From the NCBI GenBank assembly GCA_050084985.1, contig JBITNC010000002.1, positions 5,394,001-5,458,000 on the forward strand: 64,000 nucleotides of DNA. The letters are read 5' to 3'. The notes under the pieces were generated by a model. That model was given only the letters and a program-made list of their open reading frames with translations. It was not told where the DNA came from and did no database searches. Source of the DNA: Nageia nagi. Lineage: Eukaryota > Plantae > Pinophyta. Within the stretch, counting starts at the first letter, position 1, and each line of letters begins with the position of its first letter. Of this stretch, positions 1-12,295 are shown in pieces. Position numbers and translations under genes: made by a program.

Positions 1-199
1 AGGCTTGGAGGGTTGTGGAACAAAGCGAATCTAATAGAAGAGTGTCTGATCATCCACAGATGGAAGGGAGTGTAAGTCTAGTAATTTCTACTTCAAGATA
101 TTGTTGTAAAGGGAGTTATGGGTTGAATCAAATAAAATGGTAATGCGGGATGGGATTGGGGTGTAAGGGGCGAAAAGGGGGGTGACATAATGTGGGCTA

Positions 200-3100
200 A
201 TATAGAAAGAAACAAAGAAAATATATTAATGTCCTCGGGTGACCAAAAGCAATCAATGGGACTATCAAGTACAATCCAACTCATAAAGTCAACAAAGCCC
301 AAACTAAGACGCATCTAGAGAAAAACCTAAAACATAGAAACAAACAACCATAAAAAGCTCCACACCGTAAGAGGGGGATGATACACAATCTAGTATAATC
401 AACGAGAGGTCGTCCTAGGTGTCCCAAAAGGGAGACTATGGCATTACTGTTTGCTCTGGGGAGGGATCATGCTGGTCTCCGTGGGGTGTATTTGTGGAAG
501 TGCTAGTGGTTGGAAAGAAGGATGTGATTGGTCGCATCCTCACCAAGGCCTGGGTACTCTGGGTACGTCTCCTAGTCCAACGTGGTGGCTATGGAGGCTC
601 ATCTCGATTTCTCCTAGGAGCCCCTTCAAGAGAAGGAGCCCGAAAAAAGGATGTAATGCGTAGAACCTCAGTCGTTAGTTGAGCACAAGCAAGAAGGCAT
701 CTCCAAAGAAGGAAGGCCTCTTGCAAATAAAGAGCCAGGCAACGCTGGTCAGAACACTAGAGGAATGTAGCTAACAAGTTGCAAGAGTCTCAAAAGAGGC
801 AATGGTATCGGCCTCGAATCTCATAGTAGATCGAGCACCAGAAGACAAAATGATCCTTGGACTCAATCTCAAGGAAGCAAAGGTGACAAACTCATAGATC
901 TTTGTCCATGTGCTGATCTGTCTCTACTCTCAGTTGGTGGAAGCAAACGAAACTATTCGAGCGCCATCCTCAACCCTAATGATAGATGTAAGTTGATGTA
1001 TCCCGGTGGGAGGATAAGTCCCATGTCTAATTGAAGGTAATGTCGATCATAGTAATCCAGCTTAGGTGACAATGGCCGAGTGGGAGACACCCAATTGGAC
1101 TGAATAAAAACCCTGTAAATAATCTCCCTGATCGTAATCAAAGAATCAGTTGGGTCATAGATGAATCCTCTAGTGGTAAAGGTAAGCTAACCAAAGAAAA
1201 ACCAAATCTCTAAAGCATCTTAGAGATCTCGGCAAACAAACAACGATGATATCCCTATGCATCCAAGGTGATCGAGGAAGCTAGAGCTCTCACCGGAAAC
1301 CTAGCTAAAGCTCCTCCATGGGCAGATAAACACTGGAGGTGACGGAGATAGAGGACTATGTACGCAAAGGCCCAGATTAGGAAGGGTTGGTAACTAAATT
1401 CCACAGGAATGATAAGGCGTGGAACTGTCCTCTTACTCTGAATGAAATGACATAGGAAAATGACCAAGATCCTACCTAGAGAGGTCCAATCCATTGCTTT
1501 CAAGCTGAAGCCCCAAATCTCAACCCCATACAAAGTTGCAGGTGTGACCAAGGATTGGAACAACTCTAGCTTAGATAGATGCATTGTCTCTCTAGGACAG
1601 ATACTACAACATAACCTCAATGGACCCTAGGTGATGATGTTGCCCACATGGAGAACCTGGGTCCAAAGAAAAGAACCCCAAGGCATGTGTAGGAGGTAGT
1701 CTCGATAGGACTATCACGAAAGTGAGTTGGGTCTGACCGAGCGTAGCCTTCGAAACATTAAAAGCCACCACCTTAGTCTTGCTAAGGTTCACTATAAGTT
1801 CCTGTCTAGCACTGAAAGCCTCTAAAGCATCAATCAAATCCTGAAGGCCCTCTACAATGTGGCAAAGCAACACAATATCGTCCACAAAGAGTAATATGGA
1901 TACCTGGCTACATGAATAAGGCAACTTGTCTCAAAACCAATTGTCTCAAAGATGACAACCTCTAGCTCATCGATGTAAAGGCTAAATAAAGTGTTAAGAG
2001 AGGGCATCCCTGCTTCACTCCAATCGTACTAAGAATGTTGTCTGAAAGCTTGTATGGGATGCAAACACATCCTGAAAGAGTCTCATAAAGAGTCAAAATA
2101 ACCACTAGTCCAAAATCCAAAACGCCAAAAATCCTCGACCGATCCATGAGTCGATGTCATGGTAAAGTGTCAAAGACCTTCCTAAAGTCGACAAAACAAC
2201 AAAAGACCGAAGACTTTTAGAATCTAGCCTCCTCAATCATCACCCTGAGAGTGAAGATATGATCAATGGTGCGATGGTCTCTATGAAAGCCTGCCTGACC
2301 GTTGCATTGAACCCTCTAGAATCCGCCATCCAAGGAATGTACTCCTCCATGATAGTGGCATATAACTTGGCCAAGGTGTGGCCAATCATGATAGTGTGGT
2401 AGTTGCTCGGATCGTTGGGGTCATCAGATTTGAATATGAGATGGATGATATTGGAGGTCCGAGAAGAAGGGAAACATGAGTAGATGACCTCATTGAATAG
2501 CTTGGAGAGAAATGGGTGAAGGGTGTGTATGATATGCTTGAGGAACTCGGCTTGCAAGTTTTCAATGTCGGGAGCTTTTCCAAAAGAAAGTCTATAGATA
2601 GTGGAATGGACAAGGGATGGAGAGAAGAAGTCTGAGGTGCATGGGCAGTGGGGGTATCACTAATGATAGTGTAAAGGCAAGAGGCATACTCCTTTCAGGC
2701 ATGAAGAAAAATGCAATTCAAGGTGTGCTTTTTAGATAGGAAGCAACACCAGAATGATTTGGGGTTGGAATAAAGGGTGGTAATGACCTCTAGTCTCCAC
2801 ATGGCTAAGAAGTGACATTTCTTAGTCCTAAGGAGGTGTCGATAAGATCGGCAAAGGGCAAAGGTGGAGGAGGCATTAGGTTTAACTGTAATGGCTTGTC
2901 GAAGGCGACATTGAGAAAGATAGATGAGCATGGTCAGCAAGAGGAAGGCAATGGGCCACACAAAGAGAAAGAATGTGTGTACTAAGGAGGAGCTAGAAAG
3001 GACATAATCTACTACACTGGAGCCTCGGCATGGGGTAAACTGGTATGGTGTTGGGATTGAGGAAACCAAGCAATGCTGTTGAGGATCAAGAGATCATGTG

Positions 3101-3709
3101 TCTCGTCAAGCTTAAGTAGAAATCTTCCATAGCCCAAGGGGGGGCCAAGTCTACTGAATCGCACTATAACAATAAGGGTCGATCAAGAGCACGGATGTAG
3201 AGTGGGTCAACGCTGCTATCAAAGTATTGTGTCTGAGCATTCCCCGTCCTACTGTTGAAGTCACCTAATAGCAAGATCTCGCCTTAAATGGAGTACCTGG
3301 TAATCTCTGGAAAGAGGTTGAGGTAGGGGGGCTCTCCTATCTCATGAATGGCATAGCTCAAAGACGTAGGTGGGAAGTAGCATCCAACAATGTAGATCCT
3401 TGTAAGAGGTGGGGACCTTGCAAGTGATATCCAAATGTAACGAGCATGGGTATCAACACCCTCCACTCATATCCTAGTAAGTGATCTCTAATCAGAAAAG
3501 CCACTCCTGAACCACAACCACTGAGACATGAACTGCCTAAGGACCTATATCTAGAACTCTAGGTGTACCCTAAAAAGAGGGGGTGGCCTTAACCGAACTC
3601 TCATGCGTTTCGGAGGAATATGTCAAGTTTGACTATTGAATTACATACTGAACTGAACCTAGAGAAGACCACATAATCCATTGTTGTTCCAAATTGAGAC
3701 TGAAAACAT
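200..3709 (-). mobile_element. Degraded non-LTR retrotransposon ORF2 (APE endonuclease + RT + C-terminal Cys/His domain), RTE/RTEX-like clade by inference
   Basis: Minus-strand motifs occur in the expected order. MFSVSIWNNNGL starts at ATG 3709, followed by RIYIVGCYFPP, GEILLLGDFNSRTG (~3283-3242), DPSNYHTIMIGHTLAKLY, IGVKQGCPL, ILLFVDDIVLL, and VCHLC..DHFVFWC (~900-830). There are many stops and frameshifts. The 3' boundary is approximate. Confidence 0.85.
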
Positions 3710-4409
3710 GGAAGGTTTTGAGAGCATGGAGAAAAAGGTTACAACAATATTTTGTTTTGTTTTGTCTTCACTCCTTCGAATTTTTAATTGACCATTTTTT
3801 TGGTATTATTTAGCACTCTGTTTTGACTAATAACACTCAAAATACTTAAAATACTCACTCTTTGTTTTTAGTAAGCTAAAATAAACAACAAATAAAATAA
3901 AATATAACAAGTGCAAACTAACTCCAAATACCATCCAAATAAGTCATTGGGCAAAGCAAGCGCCATATGTCAATGTTAGGTGCTCCAAGGTGGTCAACAA
4001 CCTCCTCCATGCACTCCAAGGGTGACATCACCACTTACGCTCCTATCCATGTGTTTGGTTGGCTAGCGGGTCCCTTGTATCTATGCTCCCACCATTCACC
4101 CCATTTATTGCACTCACATCATCATGTCATCACCTCTGACTGCTGACTAGGTTGCTTAGTCACCAATGTGTCCCACTTGACCTTTTTGGTATTTTAATAT
4201 GATTTTTTAATTTTTAAATATTTCCTCTAAATATTCCAAGACACAACTTTCACACCGGGGCTCAGATTTTGATGTCATAAAGAGAAAGAGAAACGCTACA
4301 ACATAAAATAATAAATTTTCAATGATACAATTTTTGGATCAGTACATGTAAAAAGAGTTGAATTACCCTTCTCTAAAATTTAAAAGGGGTTTACCAATAT
4401 TAAAAAAAA

Positions 4410-5055
4410 AAATATTGCCTTCCACTTCCAAAATACACCTTGTGTTCCATGTATCATGTCTTAAAAGGGTGCTTGGCAACAATATCCCAGTACAAACAAC
4501 ACTAAAATTGGATGAGGAAGGCTCCATTTTACTCCAACCAATGGCCATCATCAATCGAAGCACCTACCAACTTCACCACTATACAATCGGAGAAGTTCTT
4601 GTTCAATGGCAAAGGCTACAACCAGAAGATAGTACATAGAAACTGATACACATCATTAAGCAACAATTCCTAGAAGTTATAAGGGGAGTGGCATGTTACA
4701 GACCCACCTCTTTACGATTTATGTAACAATAGTAACAATGATTAGGTGTAAGAGAATAAAAGACAAGTGTAACATAATATTGTGTAAGAAAATAGATGTT
4801 AGAAATAGATGTACGAGAATATGTAAGATGTAAGGAATATAGGTAGAAAGCATGCGTTAAGTAACACGTAAAATTATAAAAGGCCATGCAAGCATATGAA
4901 AAAGTTAGCTTGGAGAATTGTTGAGCTTGCTCAAGAAGAAAGTTGCCCTCTTGAAGAGGCCTATGATATTCATAGTAAGTCATCTATTTTGTGATTATTT
5001 TGTTCATATTGTTAATATGTTTCTTTTATGCAAGGTTGATCTTTTCCACAAAACA
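4410..5055 (+). mobile_element. 3' remnant of a Ty3/gypsy chromovirus: integrase tail, chromodomain, PPT and start of 3' LTR
   Basis: LPSTSKIHLVFHVSCLKR...EVLVQWQRLQPEDST is a chromodomain-type sequence. It is followed by the purine tract AAGGGGAGTGGCA (4681-4693) and then TGTTACA at 4694. The LTR right end is uncertain. Confidence 0.7.
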
Positions 5056-5437
5056 CCACATGTCTCTTAGCAAGTCTGTTTGCATAGCTTCCAAAGGATC
5101 GATGCCCACCACAAGCCCAAATAATGTGTATTTAGAATCTACATAAATATTTTTATTATATGACATAACACATTCATATTTTCAACTTTACAAGTTAGAT
5201 AAAATTTGAAGTTAAGAAGTTTCCAATTCATAAACTATGCATGCTCTAGTATGCAGGGATTGTAAAAGAATTTATTATCTTGCAGGTTCATAGATTTTTT
5301 TTTGCAGCAGCTTAACACTTCAAAGTATCTAAATCAAAGACCCACCTTGTAAACTGTCAGGAATCCTTATGAGGCTAAGAGATTTGGTTGTGGCTGTCTT
5401 GGCTTCTCTTGACAGAAAATCCAGACAACAGAACACA

Positions 5438-5756
5438 TGTTACTTGATGTTGTAAGGGAATATACATTTAAAAGAATAAAGGATGTAAGGGCATAATTAT
5501 GTAAAAGAATATAGAACATATGTAAAGGAATATGCTCCCTAGGATATTTCCATTATATAAGCCCGGTATGCAAGCCATGAGCTAGCACGTGATTTACAAG
5601 AGAATTGCATATTTCTGTTATGATCATTTTCTATTTTTTGTTATGTTCAACTTTATTTTTCTGAAATATGGTTTGGTGTTGCGGTATTGTTTTTGTTAAT
5701 CATCTTTTTTTTTGCGCTGGAATCATTTTCATAGTCAAGCTCTTAGTGTTGAGTCA
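5438..5756. mobile_element. Putative solo LTR (319 bp)
   Basis: Begins TGTTA and ends GTCA. Flanked by the direct repeat ACACA (5433-5437 and 5757-5761). Contains an internal TATATAA. The TSD is low-complexity and could be chance. Confidence 0.45.
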
Positions 5757-8104
5757 ACACACATCCATACCAAATCCTTCCAATGAGAATACACCAATCA
5801 CAAGGCCAAAACCCGTAGATCTTGGAGGTGCACTAACTGATAAACTATTGGCCTTAAGATTCATACCAAGTATATGAATGCACTAAATGAAGAATATGCC
5901 TAAGTTGAATGATCTGTGGGTTATTTTGAAAGAATTGCTGTAAGTTCCTCTGATGTAGTTGCACTTCCACATTTCAATCAAGAAGCCAAGCCTACTCTCG
6001 CACTCATCAATCTTTTTGTTGAAGAAAATATCATTTAGAATGATTCTATAGCAAAGAATGCAAATGAAGCTCTTAGTTGAAGTACTTCTCTTCATGAGCA
6101 TAAGAATGATGATAGGGTTTTGACATTGCAAATTCAATTGTACAACATAAAATCCAACAACTCCTGTTCCAGAGCATATGCGACAGTGAGGAACTAAGTG
6201 ACAAACAAAATTGTCTTTGTACATTGAAAAGCCTCATTAACCAGTGTGCAAATCTGATTACCGCTCTATACAGTTGTTGTAAGACTTGAGAAACTCCAGT
6301 TCAATGAGTTGGAAGGTATGTTGCTCTAACATGAGAGCGGTAAAAGCACTGATAAACACAAGGTCTATCTGGTGCACATGCTGCCAAGCATGAGGGGAAG
6401 AAATATATGCAGTCAAGAAATTTCTAGCTGAAGAACAAGAGTAACAACAATGACGAAAAGAAGTGGGGATATAAAGGGTGGATACTGTTCTTGTGGTTGG
6501 ATGTGTCACCAGTAAATAGATTGCAAAAAACAAAAAATCAGGTAGGAATCTTGCCCAACCATCATGAACATTTGTGTGTCTTGACTCAAATACCATCAAA
6601 CATATGAGTAGAACAGTTACCTTTGGCAATGATGTAGGCAATTGAAATGATGGGTACTATTCAAGCACCCATTCCAACGCCTGTAGGGAGGCAGGCATAC
6701 ACTGACAATGTCTTGTTTGATGCTAGCATACTTTGCATTAGACCAAGGGGAGAGACATGGTACGGTATCAAAGCTTTTTGGTGGGATCCAACATTCAATA
6801 CATCCTTTTGTAGTATGGTCCAAAATGACAGTTCCTGAATATGAGAAGACTCATAATGGTTCCATAGTACGATTCATATGAATACAAGCCTTAGCATTAT
6901 TCATACCCAAGATTGTTTTAACATGTTAATATTTGTACTTAGATATATCGGAAAAGGACACTTCCCTCTTTTTCCCATAAGGTTACCTAGCCAACCTTAT
7001 TATGGAATAAAAGGCGAATTACCGCAGATCTTGAATATCCACCATTGAGGGATATGCTTCTGTCAAGACCATGTCGTCAATGAAGCAAAATTGGTGTCTG
7101 ACAAAACCTGAAACATGAAGTTTAATACGGTAGATTGCAGTGGAGCATGTAGACACAATGAAACAAGGGTTTTAACTCACTTTATATTACCCTCCTTGCC
7201 TCGTTTGTGGAACTCTTCTTCTTCGCTTCTCTATGTGTGGTCATTTGTTTTCCAATGCTGGCGATTTTGTAGAGGAGTATGGTTGGAATTTGGGTGCATC
7301 CCTGAGTCATTAAGGTCAAGTTGTGCAGTAATGGTGGGTAAGAATAAGTTTGGAACGCTAGGAAGTACTTCGTAGTGTGAGCTTGGGAAAAACGTCAAAT
7401 CATAGCAGGTTACAATATGGTTGACTAAACAGAAGGTGCAATGCCTAAACCTGTCTTGGACACCATCGGCCAGTTGGAGAACCTTGGACAACAATCACTG
7501 AAGCCACCTCATGATCTAAAGATGGAGGAGGTGAACTGGTAAAGCTTGATGGTTGGCACCCTTGTAGCACACTCCAACATTTTTCGAAAGCCCATTGAAG
7601 TCACTGAGATAGTATGCCATTCCATGGTTGGATTGGAAATGCACATGGCTAAAAAAACTGACAAAGTAATTAAAATGATGAAGGAAACCTGTGAAAATTT
7701 GAATGCCAGTTCGTAGAAGGTGGATGAATTGCATGTGCTAAGACATGAAAAGGAAAGAGAAGATGGAAAGTGGGAGCTCCAGCAGAAATAGTGTAGCTAA
7801 CCAGCTACAACAAGAGCTTCTTGCTGCAAAGGTTCAAGGGCAAACGGCATTCAAAATGGGGGTTCATTTGGATGCGGAAGAAAAGGTGCACCAAGTGCTA
7901 ACTTGTCATTAGGAGGAAGCTGAGAAGGAGGATGAAATGAGGGCAAAGGTTCATGTAGCCACTACTGCCATCAACACAACTCATATGGACTTCCACCCTG
8001 TTGTGACTAAAACACAACATGCCCCAAAATCCTGCGACTTTGGGGACCCTCAATGCCTCCTTGTTAATACATTGTCATGTTGTTGTCTTGTCTAGTCCAA
8101 GTGA

Positions 8105-10291
8105 TGTCGCAAGCCCCAGATTCAATGTTGAGTCCTCTAGGTTCAAGCCTCATCCTTCACTTGAGCTTAGTCTTACCAAGCAAAAATCTGAAATTCCTTA
8201 AAAAATGGCTAAGTCTAGAAAACCAAAAGTAGATCCTAGGTGAACCAGAGAGTCCAGGGTGAGTCAAGACAGAGTCAAGTCAAACTGGGCCACTCCTAGG
8301 GCTGCCACATGATTTCAAAAGACAAAATCTTGTCTTTTTGAAACATGCGACTAGGTCAGGGAGTTGCCCAAACTAAAGTTAATTCTCGAAAAAGCAATTT
8401 GGGTCACTTTGAGGCTTCGTGCATGCCTCAAAAAGACAATCTTGTCTTCTTGAATCATGCGACCGGGTCAAGGAGCAGTTTGGATCGGAACGGAGCAGAG
8501 AAAAGACAAGAACAAGGCACAGCAAGTCTGTTGCATGATTTCAAAAGACAAAATCTTGTCTTTTTGAATCATGCGACTGGGATAAGGAGCACTCTAGACC
8601 GGAGTTAAGCTCGAAAAAGACAAGGCAAGGACATTTCAAGGTTGTCACATGATTTCAAAAGACAAAATCTTGTCTTTTTGAATCATGCGACCAAGCAGGT
8701 AGGAGTAACTAGGCAAGTTCGAGGATCAAGAAGTGAACCCCAGGCATCCAGGAGGTTAGCGTATGCTTCAAAAAGACAAAACCTTGTCTTTTTAAATCAT
8801 GCACCCAGCTCAGAAAGGCTTCCAATTCGTTCAAATAGGAAAAAATTGGCCAAGGCATGAAGCCCAAAACCCCAAGACCAACTCCAGCACAGCCAGGAGG
8901 GCTGGCGAATGATTTCAAAAGACAAGTTTTTGACTTTTAGAATCATGCGCCAAGCCCAAGAAGCCTCCAAGAGCGAAGAAACATGAAAAATTTGGCTAAG
9001 GCATGAAGACAGGAACATGCAAGATGCAAAATCGGCCATCTGGAAGCTGTCGCATGATTTCAAAAGATACAATCATGACTTTTTGAATCATGCGACCAAG
9101 ATAGAAAGGCAGGAGAGGTTGGTGCATGCATCAAAAAGACAAAAACATGATTTTTTGAATCATGCGCCAAGCTTGGGGAGTGCCCAGGATGAGATGAAGG
9201 ATAAAATTTGACAAGCCTAGGCACCAAAAATCAGACAAGATCAGGTCACAGGGCAAGCTTCAGGGTCAAGATGAGCAAGCAATTGAGCAAAGAAGGCCAA
9301 CGTCGGTAAAGCACTCACCCTTAAGACCAGCGCATGATCTAGAAAGACACAATCTTGGCTTTTTTGGGCATGTGCCAAGCTTGAAGGTGCTCTAGAACCC
9401 CCACGTCTGGTCCTGGCAAGCTAGACTTGAAATTTAATGCAGGCACACATCTCAAGGATGAACACATGGACGGCCAAAGTGGAACTTTTCTTATGCTACG
9501 AAATTCCTAGATAAGGATTTCAAGGAACGTGTTGCGGGCTTGGGCCCATTGTCAACTTAGTCACAATTTTTCAATTTATTTTATTTCCAAGAAAATGACA
9601 TCTATTATTGTTAAAATACTTTATTATTATTTAATTCACAAACTTGTGATAGATGAGGATTTGCTCCCGCAAGTTTGGAAGAAATCTTGTAACACCATGT
9701 GGCGATTTGTGATTGGACCTTTTGTATTTTCTCATATTTTGCATTAAGGTTAGGGAAACACTTTGAGTTGCCACAAAAATCCTATTTTTGACCCATTTGG
9801 GCTCATTTGTAAGGGATTAGACATTTTGCAAATTGGGCTACTTACACAATATTTTCAAACTTGCAAGTTTCCTTATTTTGTAATTGTGATATAATTTCAA
9901 GAAATTGAAGTGAGCATATTTTCATTTGGAACTATGAATGTGAATGTGTGTCACATCTTTATTCTATCTTGATTGTTTGGAGCATTTTGTAAACCTTGTT
10001 AGGTGGACAAAAGAGGGCCTAAAAATCTTTTGAAATATTTCAAGTAGTGTATGGTTGTGACGTTTCATAGTTTCCACATTGGACTAGTATGTTTTAAGAT
10101 GACTCGTATATGTTGTTTAATATAGGAACTTCACTCCCCGTTTGAGTTCTTCCCATATCATATCTTTCTTTTCCATTGCCTTAGCGCCCAGCTCCCCTTG
10201 TTAGGACACTCGTGTTGTTGCCTTCCAAGTCGGATTTGGAGTGCGTGGAACCTAGGCCAAACCCGTACGAGTCCAATCTTAGAGACCCACA
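8105..10291. mobile_element. Putative long LTR-like segment (~2.2 kb), possibly a gypsy solo LTR
   Basis: Termini TGTCGCAAGCCCC...GAGACCCACA fit TG..CA. The segment is non-coding and contains an internal repeat array. No clean TSD was found. Confidence 0.35.
8306..9376. repeat. Array of 9 palindromic ~45-bp repeats (consensus GCATGATTTCAAAAGACAA-AATC-TTGTCTTTTTGAATCATGC) with diverged spacers
   Basis: Copies start at ~8306, 8420, 8532, 8646, 8760, 8906, 9051, 9123 and 9331. The consensus forms a ~19-bp stem with a 4-nt loop. Confidence 0.9.
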
Positions 10292-11182
10292 CTAGTCGGT
10301 GAGAATATCGCCCCTTGAGCTGAATTCATATATCACCGTCTTCTCACAATCTTTTTTTATTTCTTTTGCACGGCTTTCGCAACGAATCTTTTCCTTTTCC
10401 TTTTTCTTGAGAAACAACTATTTTTGGATCAAGGACCCTTCGAGTCCTTGGTTAACAAATGTTATTTGAGTTGGTAACAGCTTTAAGCATCTCCACCAAA
10501 TCACCTGAGTGATCCCTTGCACCCTTCACTTTCAAACCTTTGAGGCAAACAGTCCTAATAACGGGTAGAGGTCACGCCCTACCACTCAGGTGTTGGAATC
10601 TTTCCACAGGCCTTGTGATACCATTTGCCAATCAGCAAGGGTAGGAAAGAAAAAGCCCCCAACACACACTTTGTGCAATTGGTAGCCAGTCCATCCAACA
10701 TTTTTCTTTGTTTTTTGTCAATTCTTGAATCTTTCACCAAAGGGGTAACACTCCAGACCTTCAAAAGCACTTCAAGGCTAAGTTTAAAAAGTTGCAGGAA
10801 CTATCCTTTCAATGGATGAAGATGCGGTAGCCAGGGTGGAAGCCACCGCAAGCCTAGCAGCTCCAAGGGATGATCATGATTCTGTCTCTGTGCATCTGAT
10901 GTCATCAAGGTTTTGATGGGACCATGTCAAGCACTTTTGTTCTTTTGAAGTCATTGGTCTAGGTCTCTGTATTTTCTGGTTTCAAACTATTTATTCTATA
11001 TATATAAGTTATTGTAGGGACCATTGTAACCATAGTTAGTGTTCTATGCTTTTAGGTGCCTACATAGCTTGAGGTTGTTAATCATTGGTTTTTTCTGCTA
11101 GGGTTTTGAAAACCATAAATATGTACTTTTGTCTTTAATATAATGTAATAGACTTCTATTATTGCCAAAGAGAGAGAGATAC

Positions 11183-11388
11183 CATAAGGAATATAGTCAA
11201 GCTTGCGAGCATCTACCAATGTGACTGATAACTCCCCAGCAAAGTCTTTGTTCCCTTCCTGAATAGCCCCATTTTTTAAATCTTTTGAAATAGGGCTTGT
11301 TGCTTGACCCTTCTCAAAATTAAGCTCAATTTTTTTTGGACGAACAAAAAGGCGAGGTAGATCTTCAGTAAGAAGTTTAGTCAAAAAC
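11183..11388 (-). CDS. NTMC2T5: Exon 4 of NTMC2T5-like SMP/C2-domain protein (end of SMP domain, start of C2 domain)
   Basis: Acceptor tttcAG at 11390-11389 and donor GT at 11182-11181. Encodes FLTKLLTEDLPRLFVRPKKI...DFAGELSVTLVDARKL. Length 206 nt, phase consistent with exon 3. Confidence 0.9.
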
Positions 11389-11606
11389 CTGAAATGGAAA
11401 AGACAAGGTAGATCTTCCGTTAGAACTTATATAAGTATCTTTACATTAATCAGGTAAATGACATAGGATTTCACTATTCTCTCCTAGAATAGTTACCAAA
11501 AAAGACCCAGTTAAAATTGCATATGAGAAAAAGAGTTATCCAGAAATTTGACAATAATCAGCCCAACTAGCAAATTATACCACTGGAAGAATATAAGAGC
11601 ACTTAC

Positions 11607-11625
11607 ATTGAGAGAACTGGAATGG
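11607..11625 (-). CDS. NTMC2T5: Exon 3 (19-nt micro-exon) of NTMC2T5-like gene
   Basis: gccAG|CCATTCCAGTTCTCTCAAT|GTAAGT. It joins exons 2 and 4 in frame to give NLM-TIPVLSM-FLTKLL, matching the family sequence as I recall it (NLMxIPVLSMFLTKLL). Confidence 0.88.
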
Positions 11626-12295
11626 CTGGCAGATTACAACCAAGAGAAAATGATACAAAACAAAATTGTGTTAGTGTAAGTTACAGAGATGGTAAACTTC
11701 AAAATGCTCTTTAAAAAGCACTGTGCATAAATAAAATATATGAATTCCGACACGTATCACTTAAAACACTCAAATGAAATACAACTGTTAAATAATATAT
11801 AGTTATCAAGTAAGCATGTTATCATCCTTCATGCAGCATCTAACAAATAAAGTAATGACCCACAAAACAAGCACCAACCAATCAATGTGAACTTAAAATC
11901 CATTAATTAGCTAATTATAAATTGTACCTATGGGAAGAAGCACGCAGACAGATAGTAAATGATTTGGCAAAATAAAGCCAAATCCTTCATGCAAACCTAT
12001 GTTAAATTTTAGTGTTCAGATATCATAAGCGCTGAATAAGATATGATACTGTTGTCATGAAGATAAATGATTAAGTACTTTTCAGAAAATCTATGGTTCT
12101 TAATATCAAGTATTATTTCATAACTAATTCACACAAACTTGAGGATATCTTTGTTCTGGAGGATTCAATTTGGCAAGGATCACAAAAGCTGCCTCAAGTA
12201 ATGTGATCAGTGATCACACATTCCCAATAGAACTCAAGCAGGCACAAGAAGCCTCTAGGGGGCCATAGGATAGCTATTAGACCTGGTATATTGGC

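Noticed and set aside
5345-5420. Possible exon 5 of the NTMC2T5-like gene (AAG|GTGGG donor-like site)
   Set aside because: The translation does not resemble the expected C2 continuation (GKTDPY...). The next exon is probably outside the window.
5760-8050. Minus-strand coding-like, probably gypsy-derived region
   Set aside because: Only faint protease/RT resemblance, too degraded to support a specific call.
8345-9211. Short ORFs with the repeated peptide HDFKRQNLVFLNHAT
   Set aside because: These are translations of the DNA palindrome array. Frames shift between units and stops intervene.
8306-9376. Annotation as a true CRISPR array
   Set aside because: Eukaryotic intron context, no cas genes, degenerate repeats, unequal spacer lengths, and spacers partly homologous to each other.
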